Below are positions 29,896 to 38,051 of a stretch of 64,000 bases of DNA, piece after piece. Within the stretch, counting starts at the first letter, position 1. Each line of letters begins with the position of its first letter. The position numbers and the translations under genes were made by a program. Source of the DNA: an uncultured bacterium (lineage in GTDB: Bacteria > Patescibacteriota > Minisyncoccia > UBA6257 > 2-01-FULL-56-20); the NCBI GenBank assembly GCA_963807165.1, contig CAWDZM010000001.1:32214-96213 (forward strand), written 5' to 3'. The notes beneath the pieces are model-generated. The model did not search any database, was not told the origin of the DNA, and was given only the letters and a program-made list of their open reading frames with translations.

Positions 29896-30216
29896 ATGGA
29901 CGAAATGAAAAATAGTTCGGAGATGCAGAAGGGCAAGACAACATGCGCGTGCGGTGCGGGATGTAATTGCGGGTGTGGGCACAGTTCCGTACATCGCGTG
30001 ATCTGGTGGGTGGCGGGGATCATCATTCTTATCTTTGTGTTTGCGCTTGGCGTGAAGGCGGGCGAATTCCGCGATGAGCTCCATGCCGCATTTGGTAATT
30101 CTTACTATCATAACCATTCGATGATGCAGGATCAGGGCGAATACGGTGGCGGTGGCGCAATGCCGATGTCGCAATCGATGCCGGCAGAAGGTACCACGAC
30201 TACGAGCGGGCAGTAG
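29896..30216 (+). CDS. small Cys-rich (CACGAGCNCGCGH) plus Met/His-rich single-TM protein; putative metal-binding
   Basis: N-terminal CxCxxxCxCxCxH cluster. TM helix. C-terminal HNHSMMQDQ...MPMSQSMP Met-rich region. Confidence 0.5.
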   Translation: MDEMKNSSEMQKGKTTCACGAGCNCGCGHSSVHRVIWWVAGIIILIFVFALGVKAGEFRDELHAAFGNSYYHNHSMMQDQGEYGGGGAMPMSQSMPAEGTTTTSGQ

Positions 30217-30221
30217 AGGTA

Positions 30222-30263
30222 AAAACAAAAGCCCCACCTTTTAAAAGGTGGGGCTTTTGTTTT
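30222..30263 (+). terminator. intrinsic terminator (AAAACAAAAGCCCCACC-TTTTAAAA-GGTGGGGCTTTTGTTTT)
   Basis: 17-bp arms plus T-run. Shares the GCCCCACC/GGTGGGGC arms with the hairpin at 35549-35670. Confidence 0.7.
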
Positions 30264-30291
30264 TGTATACTTTTAAAGTACACTACAGAAA

Positions 30292-31473
30292 ATGATTGAG
30301 TTTACCGTATTAAAAAAATCTAAAAAGTCCGCGGCGCGGCTTGGGATATTGAAGACGCCGCATGGCGAGGTGATGACGCCGGCGATCGTGCCGGTGGCAA
30401 CGCTCGCCACTATCAAAGCCTTGCGCTCTGACGAGGTTCTCGCCACCGGCACGCAGATGCTCATCTCGAACACGTATCATCTCCACCTTCAGCCGGGAGA
30501 AAAAATAGTGAAGGCGGCGGGCGGCATCAATACGTTTATGAACTGGAACCGTCCGACAATGACCGATTCTGGCGGGTTCCAGGTTTTCAGTCTCGGCTTC
30601 GGGCGCGATCTCGGCATCGGCAAGCAGTCCATCAGCAATTTCGGCAGCAAACTGGAAAAGGCGATTGAGAAGGGGAACCAACCGAAGACCGTCAAGATGA
30701 CGGAGGACGGCGTGGAGTTCCGTTCGCCGCTCACGGGTGAGGCGATGTTCCTGGGGCCGGAGGAATCCATGGCGATCCAGAACAAGCTGGGCGCGGACAT
30801 CATGTTCGCGTTCGACGAATGCCCGCCGCCGGGAATCACGCACGAATACATGAAGCATTCGCTCGCGCGCACCAACCGCTGGGCAGAGCGGTCACTCGTG
30901 GCGCATAAGACCGGTCAGGCGCTCTATGGCATTGTGCAGGGAGCGATGTTCGAAGACCTGCGTAAGGCAAGCGCGCGGGCAATTACTCTGATGGACGGTT
31001 TTGCGGGTTATGGCATCGGCGGCGACATCGGCGAGTCCAAAGCGATGTCGCGCAAAATTTTGAGCTGGGTGGTGCCACTTCTCGATCAGAGCAAGCCGCG
31101 ACATCTGCTTGGCATGGGACACATGGAAGACATCGAGCTCATCATGCAGGGCGGCGTGGATACGTTCGACATCACGGTGCCGACGCACTACGCGCGTCGC
31201 GGCATCGCGTTCGTCAGTAAAAAGAGCGGCATGCGCGGCGGCGCGCACGAAGGGCGCGTCGATTTTAATAAGGCGGCGTTGCTCAATGATAAAACCCCGA
31301 TCGATCCATCGTGCGAATGCCTGGTGTGTCAGAACTATCGGCGCAACTACATTGCGCACCTCGTGCGCGCGAACGAGATCGCAGGCGCGGCATTGCTCAC
31401 ATTCCACAATCTATTTTTCTTCAACGCGTATGTGGCGAAAGTACGGGAGAAAATTGCGAAGGGGATATTATAG
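30292..31473 (+). CDS. tgt: queuine tRNA-ribosyltransferase
   Basis: DSGGFQ motif. Zn site CxCxxC...H (CECLVCQNYRRNYIAHL). Confidence 0.9.
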   Translation: MIEFTVLKKSKKSAARLGILKTPHGEVMTPAIVPVATLATIKALRSDEVLATGTQMLISNTYHLHLQPGEKIVKAAGGINTFMNWNRPTMTDSGGFQVFSLGFGRDLGIGKQSISNFGSKLEKAIEKGNQPKTVKMTEDGVEFRSPLTGEAMFLGPEESMAIQNKLGADIMFAFDECPPPGITHEYMKHSLARTNRWAERSLVAHKTGQALYGIVQGAMFEDLRKASARAITLMDGFAGYGIGGDIGESKAMSRKILSWVVPLLDQSKPRHLLGMGHMEDIELIMQGGVDTFDITVPTHYARRGIAFVSKKSGMRGGAHEGRVDFNKAALLNDKTPIDPSCECLVCQNYRRNYIAHLVRANEIAGAALLTFHNLFFFNAYVAKVREKIAKGIL

Positions 31474-31475
31474 AA

Positions 31476-32234
31476 ATGAAGATACAGGCTATAAAAACCG
31501 ACGTCATTCATCCGCCGAAAGATGATCTTTTCCCCGCAATCGTCAAGGCAATTCCTTCCTTAAAAGAGAAGAGTGTCATCGTTATAACCTCGAAAGTCAT
31601 AAGTATTTGGCAGGGAAGATGTGTCTCGATGGATCGTTATGCCAAAAAAGATGAGTTGGTCATGCGCGAAGCGGATCTTTATCTGCCTCGGGAGATGACC
31701 CCCGGTGCGTGGTGCATGCATACTATAAAAAACAATATATTTATTCCGTCGGCGGGCGTCGATGAAAGCAACGCGGATGGATATTATATTTTATGGCCGA
31801 AGGATCCGGCACGCGTAGCAAAGAAATTATGGATGTGGCTGCGTAAAAAATACGCAGTGAAGGATCTTGGCGTGATTGTGAGCGACTCGCACACCATTCC
31901 TTTGCGGCGTGGCGTCATGGGAATTTCACTCGCTCATTATGGATTTGAGCCGTTAAAAGATTATCGTGACACACCGGATATTTTTGGGCGCACGCTTAAG
32001 ATGACGCAGACCAATATTCCAGATGGCCTCGCCGCAGCTGCGGTCGTGTTGATGGGTGAAGGCGACGAATGCACGCCGCTCGCAATTATCAGCGACGTCC
32101 CATGGATAACATTTGTAGAACACCCGCGTCGCTCGAAGAAACCATTTTCTTCATTCGAGATACGCACTCACGAAGATTTATACTACCCGTTATTATCGGG
32201 AGTGAAGTGGAAGAAAGGGAAAAATGGAAAATAA
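31476..32234 (+). CDS. CofE/FbiB-like gamma-glutamyl ligase family protein (F420-0:gamma-glutamyl ligase-like)
   Basis: ITSKVISIWQGR, SAGVDESN and VIVSDSHT motifs. The Met at 31476 is preferred over the track start at 31311, which overlaps tgt. Confidence 0.6.
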   Translation: MKIQAIKTDVIHPPKDDLFPAIVKAIPSLKEKSVIVITSKVISIWQGRCVSMDRYAKKDELVMREADLYLPREMTPGAWCMHTIKNNIFIPSAGVDESNADGYYILWPKDPARVAKKLWMWLRKKYAVKDLGVIVSDSHTIPLRRGVMGISLAHYGFEPLKDYRDTPDIFGRTLKMTQTNIPDGLAAAAVVLMGEGDECTPLAIISDVPWITFVEHPRRSKKPFSSFEIRTHEDLYYPLLSGVKWKKGKNGK

Positions 32235-32271
32235 TTTTTCCAAAACCTCTTGACGCAAGTCCACATATAAT

Positions 32272-32615
32272 GGATTTTACATTTTGTAATATCCAGTGCG
32301 TGGGGGCGTACTACTTAGTAGGCCGCGCAAGATCGCGCGCAAAACAAAGGTCGCACCTATATAAATTCAAACACATCGTACGCTTATGCTTGTTAAAGCC
32401 ACAAGGAAGGGGGCATACACCCATCGTAGCTTACTCAAGGACCTGTCCGAGATAAAAGAGGTCCTGAAGGTCGAAACACAACTCATTAAAGAGCTCATCA
32501 GGATGGCAATCGCAAGACAAACCGCCGGTTTTGAATTTGGCTTCTAGAAAGGAACGCACATGCTACCAAGATGAAAGTCCGCTCTCCGACAAAAGGGGAG
32601 CGGACTTTTTGTTTT
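32272..32615 (+). ncRNA. candidate ~340-nt structured non-coding transcript of unknown class
   Basis: Gene-free gap. Closing 11-bp GC hairpin plus T-run at 32577-32615. GC-rich self-complementary internal segments. Confidence 0.3.
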
Positions 32616-32665
32616 CGAATATATTAAATAAAGATTATAATGAAGGCATATAATAATCACTCCCA

Positions 32666-33439
32666 ATGTCCTCCTATTATAACCCCCAGCGCTCGCGCAA
32701 TCTGTTCGATCCAAAGTCGCATGAGCCGTTCACGGTCAGCCGGAGCGGCATCGATCTTTTTGTGCAGTGCCCACGCTGTTTCTATATCGACAAGCGGCTC
32801 GGCACCGGACGTCCGCCGGGATTTCCGTTCAGCCTGAACAGTGCCGTGGACGCGCTGCTCAAAAAGGAATTTGACACCCATCGTGCCGCGGCCACGGCAC
32901 ATCCGCTCATGAAGGAGTACAACATCGACGCGGTGCCGTACGCACACAAAGAGCTTGATGCGTGGCGCGACTCGCTCCGTCGCGGGATTCAATTCTTGCA
33001 CGAGCCGACGAACTTGCTCATCCGCGGCGGCGTGGACGATGTGTGGGTGGCGCCGACGGGGGAGTTGTACATTGTGGATTACAAAGCGACGTCAAAGACG
33101 GAAGAGGTTTCGCTCGACGCCGAGTGGCAGGACGGCTACAAGCGGCAGATGGAAGTGTATCAATGGCTTTTCCGCAAGAACGGTTTTGTGGTCTCGCCGA
33201 TCGGATACTTTGTCTATTGCAATGGCGACGCGGACGCCGCCGCATTCGACGCGCGATTGGAATTCGATATTAAAGTGATCCCATACGTGGGCAATACCGA
33301 TTGGGTGGAACCAACGATCGTGAATATGAAAAAATGTTTGATGGATGAAAAAATTCCAACAGCCAGCGTGGAGTGCGATTACTGTGCGTATGTTAATACG
33401 CGAGCGCAGCACGAAAAAAATCGGAGAGTCAAGCCGTAG
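32666..33439 (+). CDS. Cas4/RecB-like PD-(D/E)xK nuclease with an Fe-S Cys cluster (standalone)
   Basis: GGVDDVWV...LYIVDYKATSK (D...D.K). N-terminal CPRC. C-terminal CDYCAY cysteines. Confidence 0.55.
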   Translation: MSSYYNPQRSRNLFDPKSHEPFTVSRSGIDLFVQCPRCFYIDKRLGTGRPPGFPFSLNSAVDALLKKEFDTHRAAATAHPLMKEYNIDAVPYAHKELDAWRDSLRRGIQFLHEPTNLLIRGGVDDVWVAPTGELYIVDYKATSKTEEVSLDAEWQDGYKRQMEVYQWLFRKNGFVVSPIGYFVYCNGDADAAAFDARLEFDIKVIPYVGNTDWVEPTIVNMKKCLMDEKIPTASVECDYCAYVNTRAQHEKNRRVKP

Positions 33440-33457
33440 CTTGCTCTCCGTATTGCG

Positions 33458-34077
33458 TTAGACACCTCTCCGGCTTTTGCAGGATGGATAGCCCCAATGA
33501 TGTAGATCAGCATCATCATTCCATGCGAAGAGTGAGGGCGCGCCGTCGCTGAAGATAGACACGCTCGGCCTGCTCCCTGAGCCATAACGTGAACCGCCAA
33601 GAAGTTTGTTGCAGTTCAGGCTCGTGAGGATATGGGAAAAGGTGATGCAGTGGATGATCCCTTCGTAAACAGTGATCGGCGATCGATTCAATTCGCAGAT
33701 TTTCGATTCGCTGATGCGAGGTTCCATGCCCAGATATTCCCTACCGTCGTTGATACTACACAAGAGGTAGGTTTCCTTTGGGGTGGTAACCACATCCGTG
33801 AGAAGCATTGGGTCGAGCCGGTTCTTCCCTTTCTTGCCATTCACCTCTATCAATTCCATGAGGTGATCGAGATCGAATCCATGGCCATGGCGGGGAGGAA
33901 TGATGCTAAAGAGGCCATCGGGGATATCCTTCCGGAAAGGATCGGCATCCTGATAGCGAATAAGCCCTGCGACGAAGAGTGTCTCCACTTCTTCATCGAA
34001 GAGTTCCTTTTTGTCCGACCGTATTTGAAGTGCCCGATATTGCTTCGCGCTGATATGTTCTGTCATGGGCATTGCGA
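33458..34077 (-). CDS. hypothetical protein (track ORF trimmed to the internal Met; start uncertain)
   Basis: The track ORF 33458-34330 would overlap the xseA start. A RHGHGFDLDH motif of unknown family. Confidence 0.3.
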
Positions 34078-34152
34078 TGCCCTCCTTCTGTATTGTTTTA
34101 TATACCATCGCGTCGGGGGCGTCAATCGGAATCGTAGTGTATGATAGAGAGA

Positions 34153-35405
34153 TGATGAGTGAAGAAAAAGTTTTTAGCATTGCGGAATATATCGAGGTTC
34201 TTAATATATTTTTTAAGTCGCAGTCGGCGCGGATCATCGGCGAGATCAGCGAGCTCAAGCGCGCGGCGAGCGGGCACGTGTACTTCAGCATCAAAGATAA
34301 AGAGAATCCCGGCTCGCTTGACGCGATCATGTGGGCGCGGAATTATCAGCTGTGTGGCATCGCGCTCGAAGTGGGAATGGAAGTGATCTTAAATGGCCAT
34401 CCTAACGTGTATCCGAATAATGGCCGGCTTTCGTTCGTCGCGGACACGGTGGAGCTGGTGGGTGAAGGCGCGTTAAAGAAAGCGTACGATGATCTGCGCA
34501 AAAAGCTGGAAGCGGAGGGCGTGTTTGCCGCCGCGCGCAAGCGCACGCTGCCGGATTATATTCAACGCATCGGCGTCATCACTTCTATGAAGGGTGCAGT
34601 CATCCATGACTTCGAAAATAATTTGGGGAAGTTCGGGTTCAAAGTAAACGTGATCGATTCGCGCGTGGAGGGTGCGCAAGCGGCGGCGCCATTACTCGCC
34701 GCGATCCGTGCGATGCGCGAGATGGTGGAGGACGAAGGCTCGCGCGGCATGGGCATCGAGGCGCTCGTGATCATTCGCGGCGGCGGCTCGCTCGAGTCCC
34801 TGCAGGCGTTCAACAACGAGGCGCTCGTGCGCGAGGTCATCAATTTTCCAGTGCCGGTGATCGCGGGTATCGGCCACGATCAGGATGTGCCACTCATGGC
34901 GCTCGCCGCGGACTATATGACGTCCACGCCGACCGCCGCTGCGCACCTGCTCAGCCGGTCGTGGGAGGAGGCATACGCAAAGGTGCGCGCGTTCAGCGGG
35001 TTACTCAACCGCTTTCCATTGGAATTACAGCGCGTAGAAAACGATTTGAAAAATACATGGGAGCGATTTTGTATTACCTTTGGGCGGTCATTGGAACACG
35101 CCCACCAGACGCTCGCGCTCGGCGCGCAGGCGATCAAACACAACGATCCCGCGCGCCAGCTTGCGCTGGGCTATTCCATCGCGAGAAGGAATGGTAAAGT
35201 AGTACGGAGCATGGCAGGGCTTTCGCCCGGCGACGAGATGTCGCTCGCCGTGAGCGACGGAGAGATCAATACTATTATAAAAACTATCAACCACAACCAT
35301 AGCGATCATCATGGCGAAGACCACAAAGCAATCAGCGGCGGGACAAAAACCCCACGACCTAAAAAAATATCTGGAGGACATCAAGCAGATCTCGGATTGG
35401 TTTGA
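34153..35405 (+). CDS. xseA: exodeoxyribonuclease VII large subunit
   Basis: OB-fold N-terminus, catalytic core and coiled-coil C-terminus. His-rich tail overlaps xseB by ~95 nt in another frame. Start assigned to Met 34153. Confidence 0.75.
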
Positions 35406-35544
35406 GGATCAGGAAGAGATCGATCTTGAAGAGGCGTTAGTGAAGATCCGCGAAGCGGGGGAGTTGATCAAGTTGAGCAAAGATCGTTTAACGGAAGTGG
35501 AGAACGAATTCAAGGAAATAAAGACAAAGATAGAAGCGGAATAA
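35311..35544 (+). CDS. xseB: exodeoxyribonuclease VII small subunit
   Basis: 77 aa with LEEALVKIREAGELIKLSKDRLTEVE coiled-coil, typical of XseB. Confidence 0.8.
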   Translation: MAKTTKQSAAGQKPHDLKKYLEDIKQISDWFEDQEEIDLEEALVKIREAGELIKLSKDRLTEVENEFKEIKTKIEAE

Positions 35545-35548
35545 AAAA

Positions 35549-35670
35549 AGCCCCACCTCTTAAAAGGGCGTCTCGGAGCCGCGAAGGCGGCGAGAGCCGA
35601 GGCGGCCGGTCAGCAGCCGCGACTCTTAGGAGTCCCGCGGGAGAACGCCGTACCTTTTAAGAGGTGGGGC
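35549..35670. repeat. GC-rich ~86-nt structured element (35567-35652) in the loop of an 18-bp AT-rich terminator hairpin; copy 1 of a 3-member family
   Basis: Arms GCCCCACCTCTTAAAAGG / CCTTTTAAGAGGTGGGGC are exact reverse complements. The insert is ~90% identical (reverse complement) to 54388-54470. Confidence 0.6.
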
Positions 35671-35681
35671 TTTTGTTATTA

Positions 35682-36263
35682 CTACTTTGTATCTTTATCG
35701 CGCGCTACCTTCAACGCATCTGCCCACCAGATGAGCTGGTCGAGCATCATATCGGCGTTTGCGTCGAATGACTCCGTTTTCAATATTCCTTTTTCATCCA
35801 GCATGCTCCATGGGTTGACCATGTGCACCGCGGTGCGGATGGAGACCATCTGCTGTTCGGCGACGACGGGGCGCAACTGATCGACGGCGCGTGCAGCACC
35901 GACCGTGCCGTATCCCACGAACGCCACCGGCTTCTTGTGCCACTCCTTTCCGACATAATCGAATGCGTTCTTGAGTACCGCAGGGTATCCATGATTATAT
36001 TCCGCTACGGTAAAGATGAAGCCATCAGCTTCGCCGATCTTTGCGGTCCATTGCGCTGAGATCGGATACGGGTATGCGCCTTCTTTCATCGCCGCCATCA
36101 TCGGCGACATCGCTTCATTAAAGAGGGGGAGCGGGTAATCGCGCAGATCCAATAACTCCACATCCAATCCTTTTGTTTTTGCCTTTTCAACAATCCACTT
36201 TGCCGGCTGTTCGCCGAACCGATTCTGCCGCGTCGTCCCGAGAATAACTTTTATTTTTAACAT
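35682..36263 (-). CDS. NADPH-dependent FMN reductase family flavoprotein
   Basis: KIKVILGTTRQNRFGE N-terminus. Flavodoxin-like fold signature. Confidence 0.7.
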   Translation of the reverse strand: MLKIKVILGTTRQNRFGEQPAKWIVEKAKTKGLDVELLDLRDYPLPLFNEAMSPMMAAMKEGAYPYPISAQWTAKIGEADGFIFTVAEYNHGYPAVLKNAFDYVGKEWHKKPVAFVGYGTVGAARAVDQLRPVVAEQQMVSIRTAVHMVNPWSMLDEKGILKTESFDANADMMLDQLIWWADALKVARDKDTK

Positions 36264-36287
36264 TGTTTTTGATTATTATTTAATTTA

Positions 36288-36590
36288 TTATTTTTTCTTC
36301 GACTTTGATTTCTGTTTTTGCATATCATTCACCAGACTGTGGAGGAGTTTGAGCGTATATTCCGTATTCACCGCATAGAACACTTCCTTACCGCTTCGCT
36401 CGTCGATCACGAGGTCGCACGTCTTGAGCGTTTTCAGATGTTGCGATACCGCGGGCTGGGAAAGTTTAACGATGCGCGTCAGCTCATTCACCGTCTTTCG
36501 CCCCTTGAGGAGCGCCTCGATGATCCGGTATCGCGCGGCGTTGCCAACGCCTTTGCCGAACTTATTTATTTCCCTGCAGAGATCAGACAT
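36288..36590 (-). CDS. ArsR/SmtB-family transcriptional regulator
   Basis: Winged HTH: RYRIIEALLKGRKTVNELTRIVKLSQPAVSQHLKTLK. Confidence 0.8.
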   Translation of the reverse strand: MSDLCREINKFGKGVGNAARYRIIEALLKGRKTVNELTRIVKLSQPAVSQHLKTLKTCDLVIDERSGKEVFYAVNTEYTLKLLHSLVNDMQKQKSKSKKK

Positions 36591-36656
36591 ATTTAGATAT
36601 TAGCATATGCTTATATGTCGTCAAGGGGTGCATAGGGACGCCCTTTTGAAGGCTTT

Positions 36657-37136
36657 GTGAAAAAAGATATAATAGCCGTTATGGATAGCAAAAAGGTCAT
36701 CATCAAAAAAACGCCGAGGCACGGCAGGGGAGTTTTCGCCGCCAGAAAGATAAAAAAAGATGAGGTTATTGCGGCGTTTGATGGCGCGATCTACGATGCT
36801 GGCCACGAGGACTGGAGCGATGATCTTTATAATCATGCCATCCAATATGGGGAGCAACAATGGCGGGATTCAAAGGGGATCGCGCGGCTGGTCAATCACT
36901 CATGCGATCCGAATTGCGGCATCCGCGACCTGTTCAAGGTGGTGGCGATGCGGGATATCGCGCCTGGCGAGGAGGTCACATGGGACTACGGCATGACTGA
37001 AAATTATACGTGGCGAATGAAATGTACGTGCGGGTCGTCGCTTTGTCGGAAGACGATCGGAGCATATCGCACGATGCCGCCCGCCATCAGGAGGAAGTAT
37101 AAGGGATATATTTCAGGGTGGCTGCTCGAGAAATAA
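36657..37136 (+). CDS. SET-domain protein (putative protein-lysine methyltransferase)
   Basis: NHSCDPNC motif, GEEVTWDYG and post-SET CTCGSSLC cysteines. GTG start. Confidence 0.75.
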   Translation: MKKDIIAVMDSKKVIIKKTPRHGRGVFAARKIKKDEVIAAFDGAIYDAGHEDWSDDLYNHAIQYGEQQWRDSKGIARLVNHSCDPNCGIRDLFKVVAMRDIAPGEEVTWDYGMTENYTWRMKCTCGSSLCRKTIGAYRTMPPAIRRKYKGYISGWLLEK

Positions 37137-37147
37137 GCGTCACGTGA

Positions 37148-37153
37148 TATAAT
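37148..37153 (+). promoter_or_regulatory. TATAAT -10 hexamer 6 nt upstream of ATG 37160
   Basis: Exact hexamer. Leaderless geometry. Confidence 0.4.
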
Positions 37154-37159
37154 AGTGGT

Positions 37160-37429
37160 ATGCCCGAACCAACAAAAAATTGCACTCACCGCGACCAGAT
37201 CCGCGATGTCCATCCGAAGGACATTACGGTGTGTGAGGATTGCATCAAGATCGGCGACGTATGGGTGAGCCTGCGTGAGTGCCTCACGTGCGGTCATGTG
37301 GGATGTTGTGACAGTTCCAAGAATAAGCACGCTACGAAACATTTCCATGAAACGGGACATCCGATTATGAAGTCGGTCACGCCGGGCGAAGAGTTTACGT
37401 GGTGCTATGTGGACGAAATCTATTTATAA
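37160..37429 (+). CDS. UBP-type zinc-finger (zf-UBP) domain protein
   Basis: CEDCIKIGDVWVSLRECLTCGHVGCCDSSKNKHATKHFHETGHP matches the zf-UBP Cys/His pattern. Confidence 0.65.
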   Translation: MPEPTKNCTHRDQIRDVHPKDITVCEDCIKIGDVWVSLRECLTCGHVGCCDSSKNKHATKHFHETGHPIMKSVTPGEEFTWCYVDEIYL

Positions 37430-37449
37430 AATTTTAATACAATAAAAGC

Positions 37450-37671
37450 ATGAAAAAAATATTAAATATTTTGGCGGTTGTGTTCGGCATCGTGTTCGTG
37501 GCGCTCGCAATCTACTATTGGATAACGCCTGCAAACATGTTGCCCGCGTTTTTACCGGGCTATGACGTTGCGATGGCGACGCCGCACATCAAGCACGGCA
37601 TCGCATCGCTCGTGGTTGGCCTCGCACTGTTGGTTTACGCGTGGTTCGCAAGCGCAAAGAAAGTTTCCTAG
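37450..37671 (+). CDS. small two-TM membrane protein
   Basis: 73 aa. TACAAT hexamer 6 nt upstream of the ATG. Confidence 0.4.
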   Translation: MKKILNILAVVFGIVFVALAIYYWITPANMLPAFLPGYDVAMATPHIKHGIASLVVGLALLVYAWFASAKKVS

Positions 37672-37673
37672 GG

Positions 37674-38018
37674 ATGGCAATCGAAGTTCCAAAAGAAGTC
37701 CCCGAGAACGGATTTTACTATCACTACAAGCACGACCCCGACGGGCCGCTGACCAGTTACGCATACGAAGTGGTCGGCGTCGGTCACCATACGGAGGACT
37801 ATGCCACGGTGGAAGATATGCATATGGTAATATACCGTCCACTCTATGAAGATGCGGCGGTGTATAAAGCGGGTAAGCTTTTCGATCTGCGCCCGCTCGG
37901 CATGTTTATGGAATACATCACGAAAGAGGGGAAGACATTCCCGCGGTTCAAAAAGGTCAGCGATGAGGCGGTGATAAAAGAGTTGGAGGCGGCGCGGGCG
38001 AGGATGTACGGGAGTTAG
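37674..38018 (+). CDS. DUF1653-family protein
   Basis: YYHYKHDP...YRPLYED...FPRF pattern. Confidence 0.5.
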   Translation: MAIEVPKEVPENGFYYHYKHDPDGPLTSYAYEVVGVGHHTEDYATVEDMHMVIYRPLYEDAAVYKAGKLFDLRPLGMFMEYITKEGKTFPRFKKVSDEAVIKELEAARARMYGS

Positions 38019-38051
38019 CCGTGGGATGTTATAATAAAGCCAATATCACTT

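Noticed and set aside
32270-32455. 61-aa basic ORF (MDFTFCNIQCVGAYYLVGRARSRAK...) inside the structured intergenic region
   Set aside because: Its ATG overlaps the only -10-like hexamer, so it would not be on the transcript. It also overlaps the tail of a track ORF in the CofE frame. It is more likely non-coding.
32272-32615. Identification of the structured intergenic transcript as RNase P RNA, tmRNA or SRP RNA
   Set aside because: A GAAAGUCCG string resembles the RNase P P4 strand. Its position 25 nt before the terminator is wrong for RNase P. No P4 3' strand or other conserved RNase P motifs are present. There is no tRNA-like 3' end or tag-peptide ORF for tmRNA. There is no GGAAGGAAGCAGC helix-8 motif for SRP RNA.
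34065-34152. xseA start at 34065 (MGIAMPSF...)
   Set aside because: The first 29 codons are hydrophobic, unlike XseA N-termini, and overlap the convergent minus-strand ORF. Met 34153 (MMSEEKVFSIAEY) matches the XseA OB-fold start.
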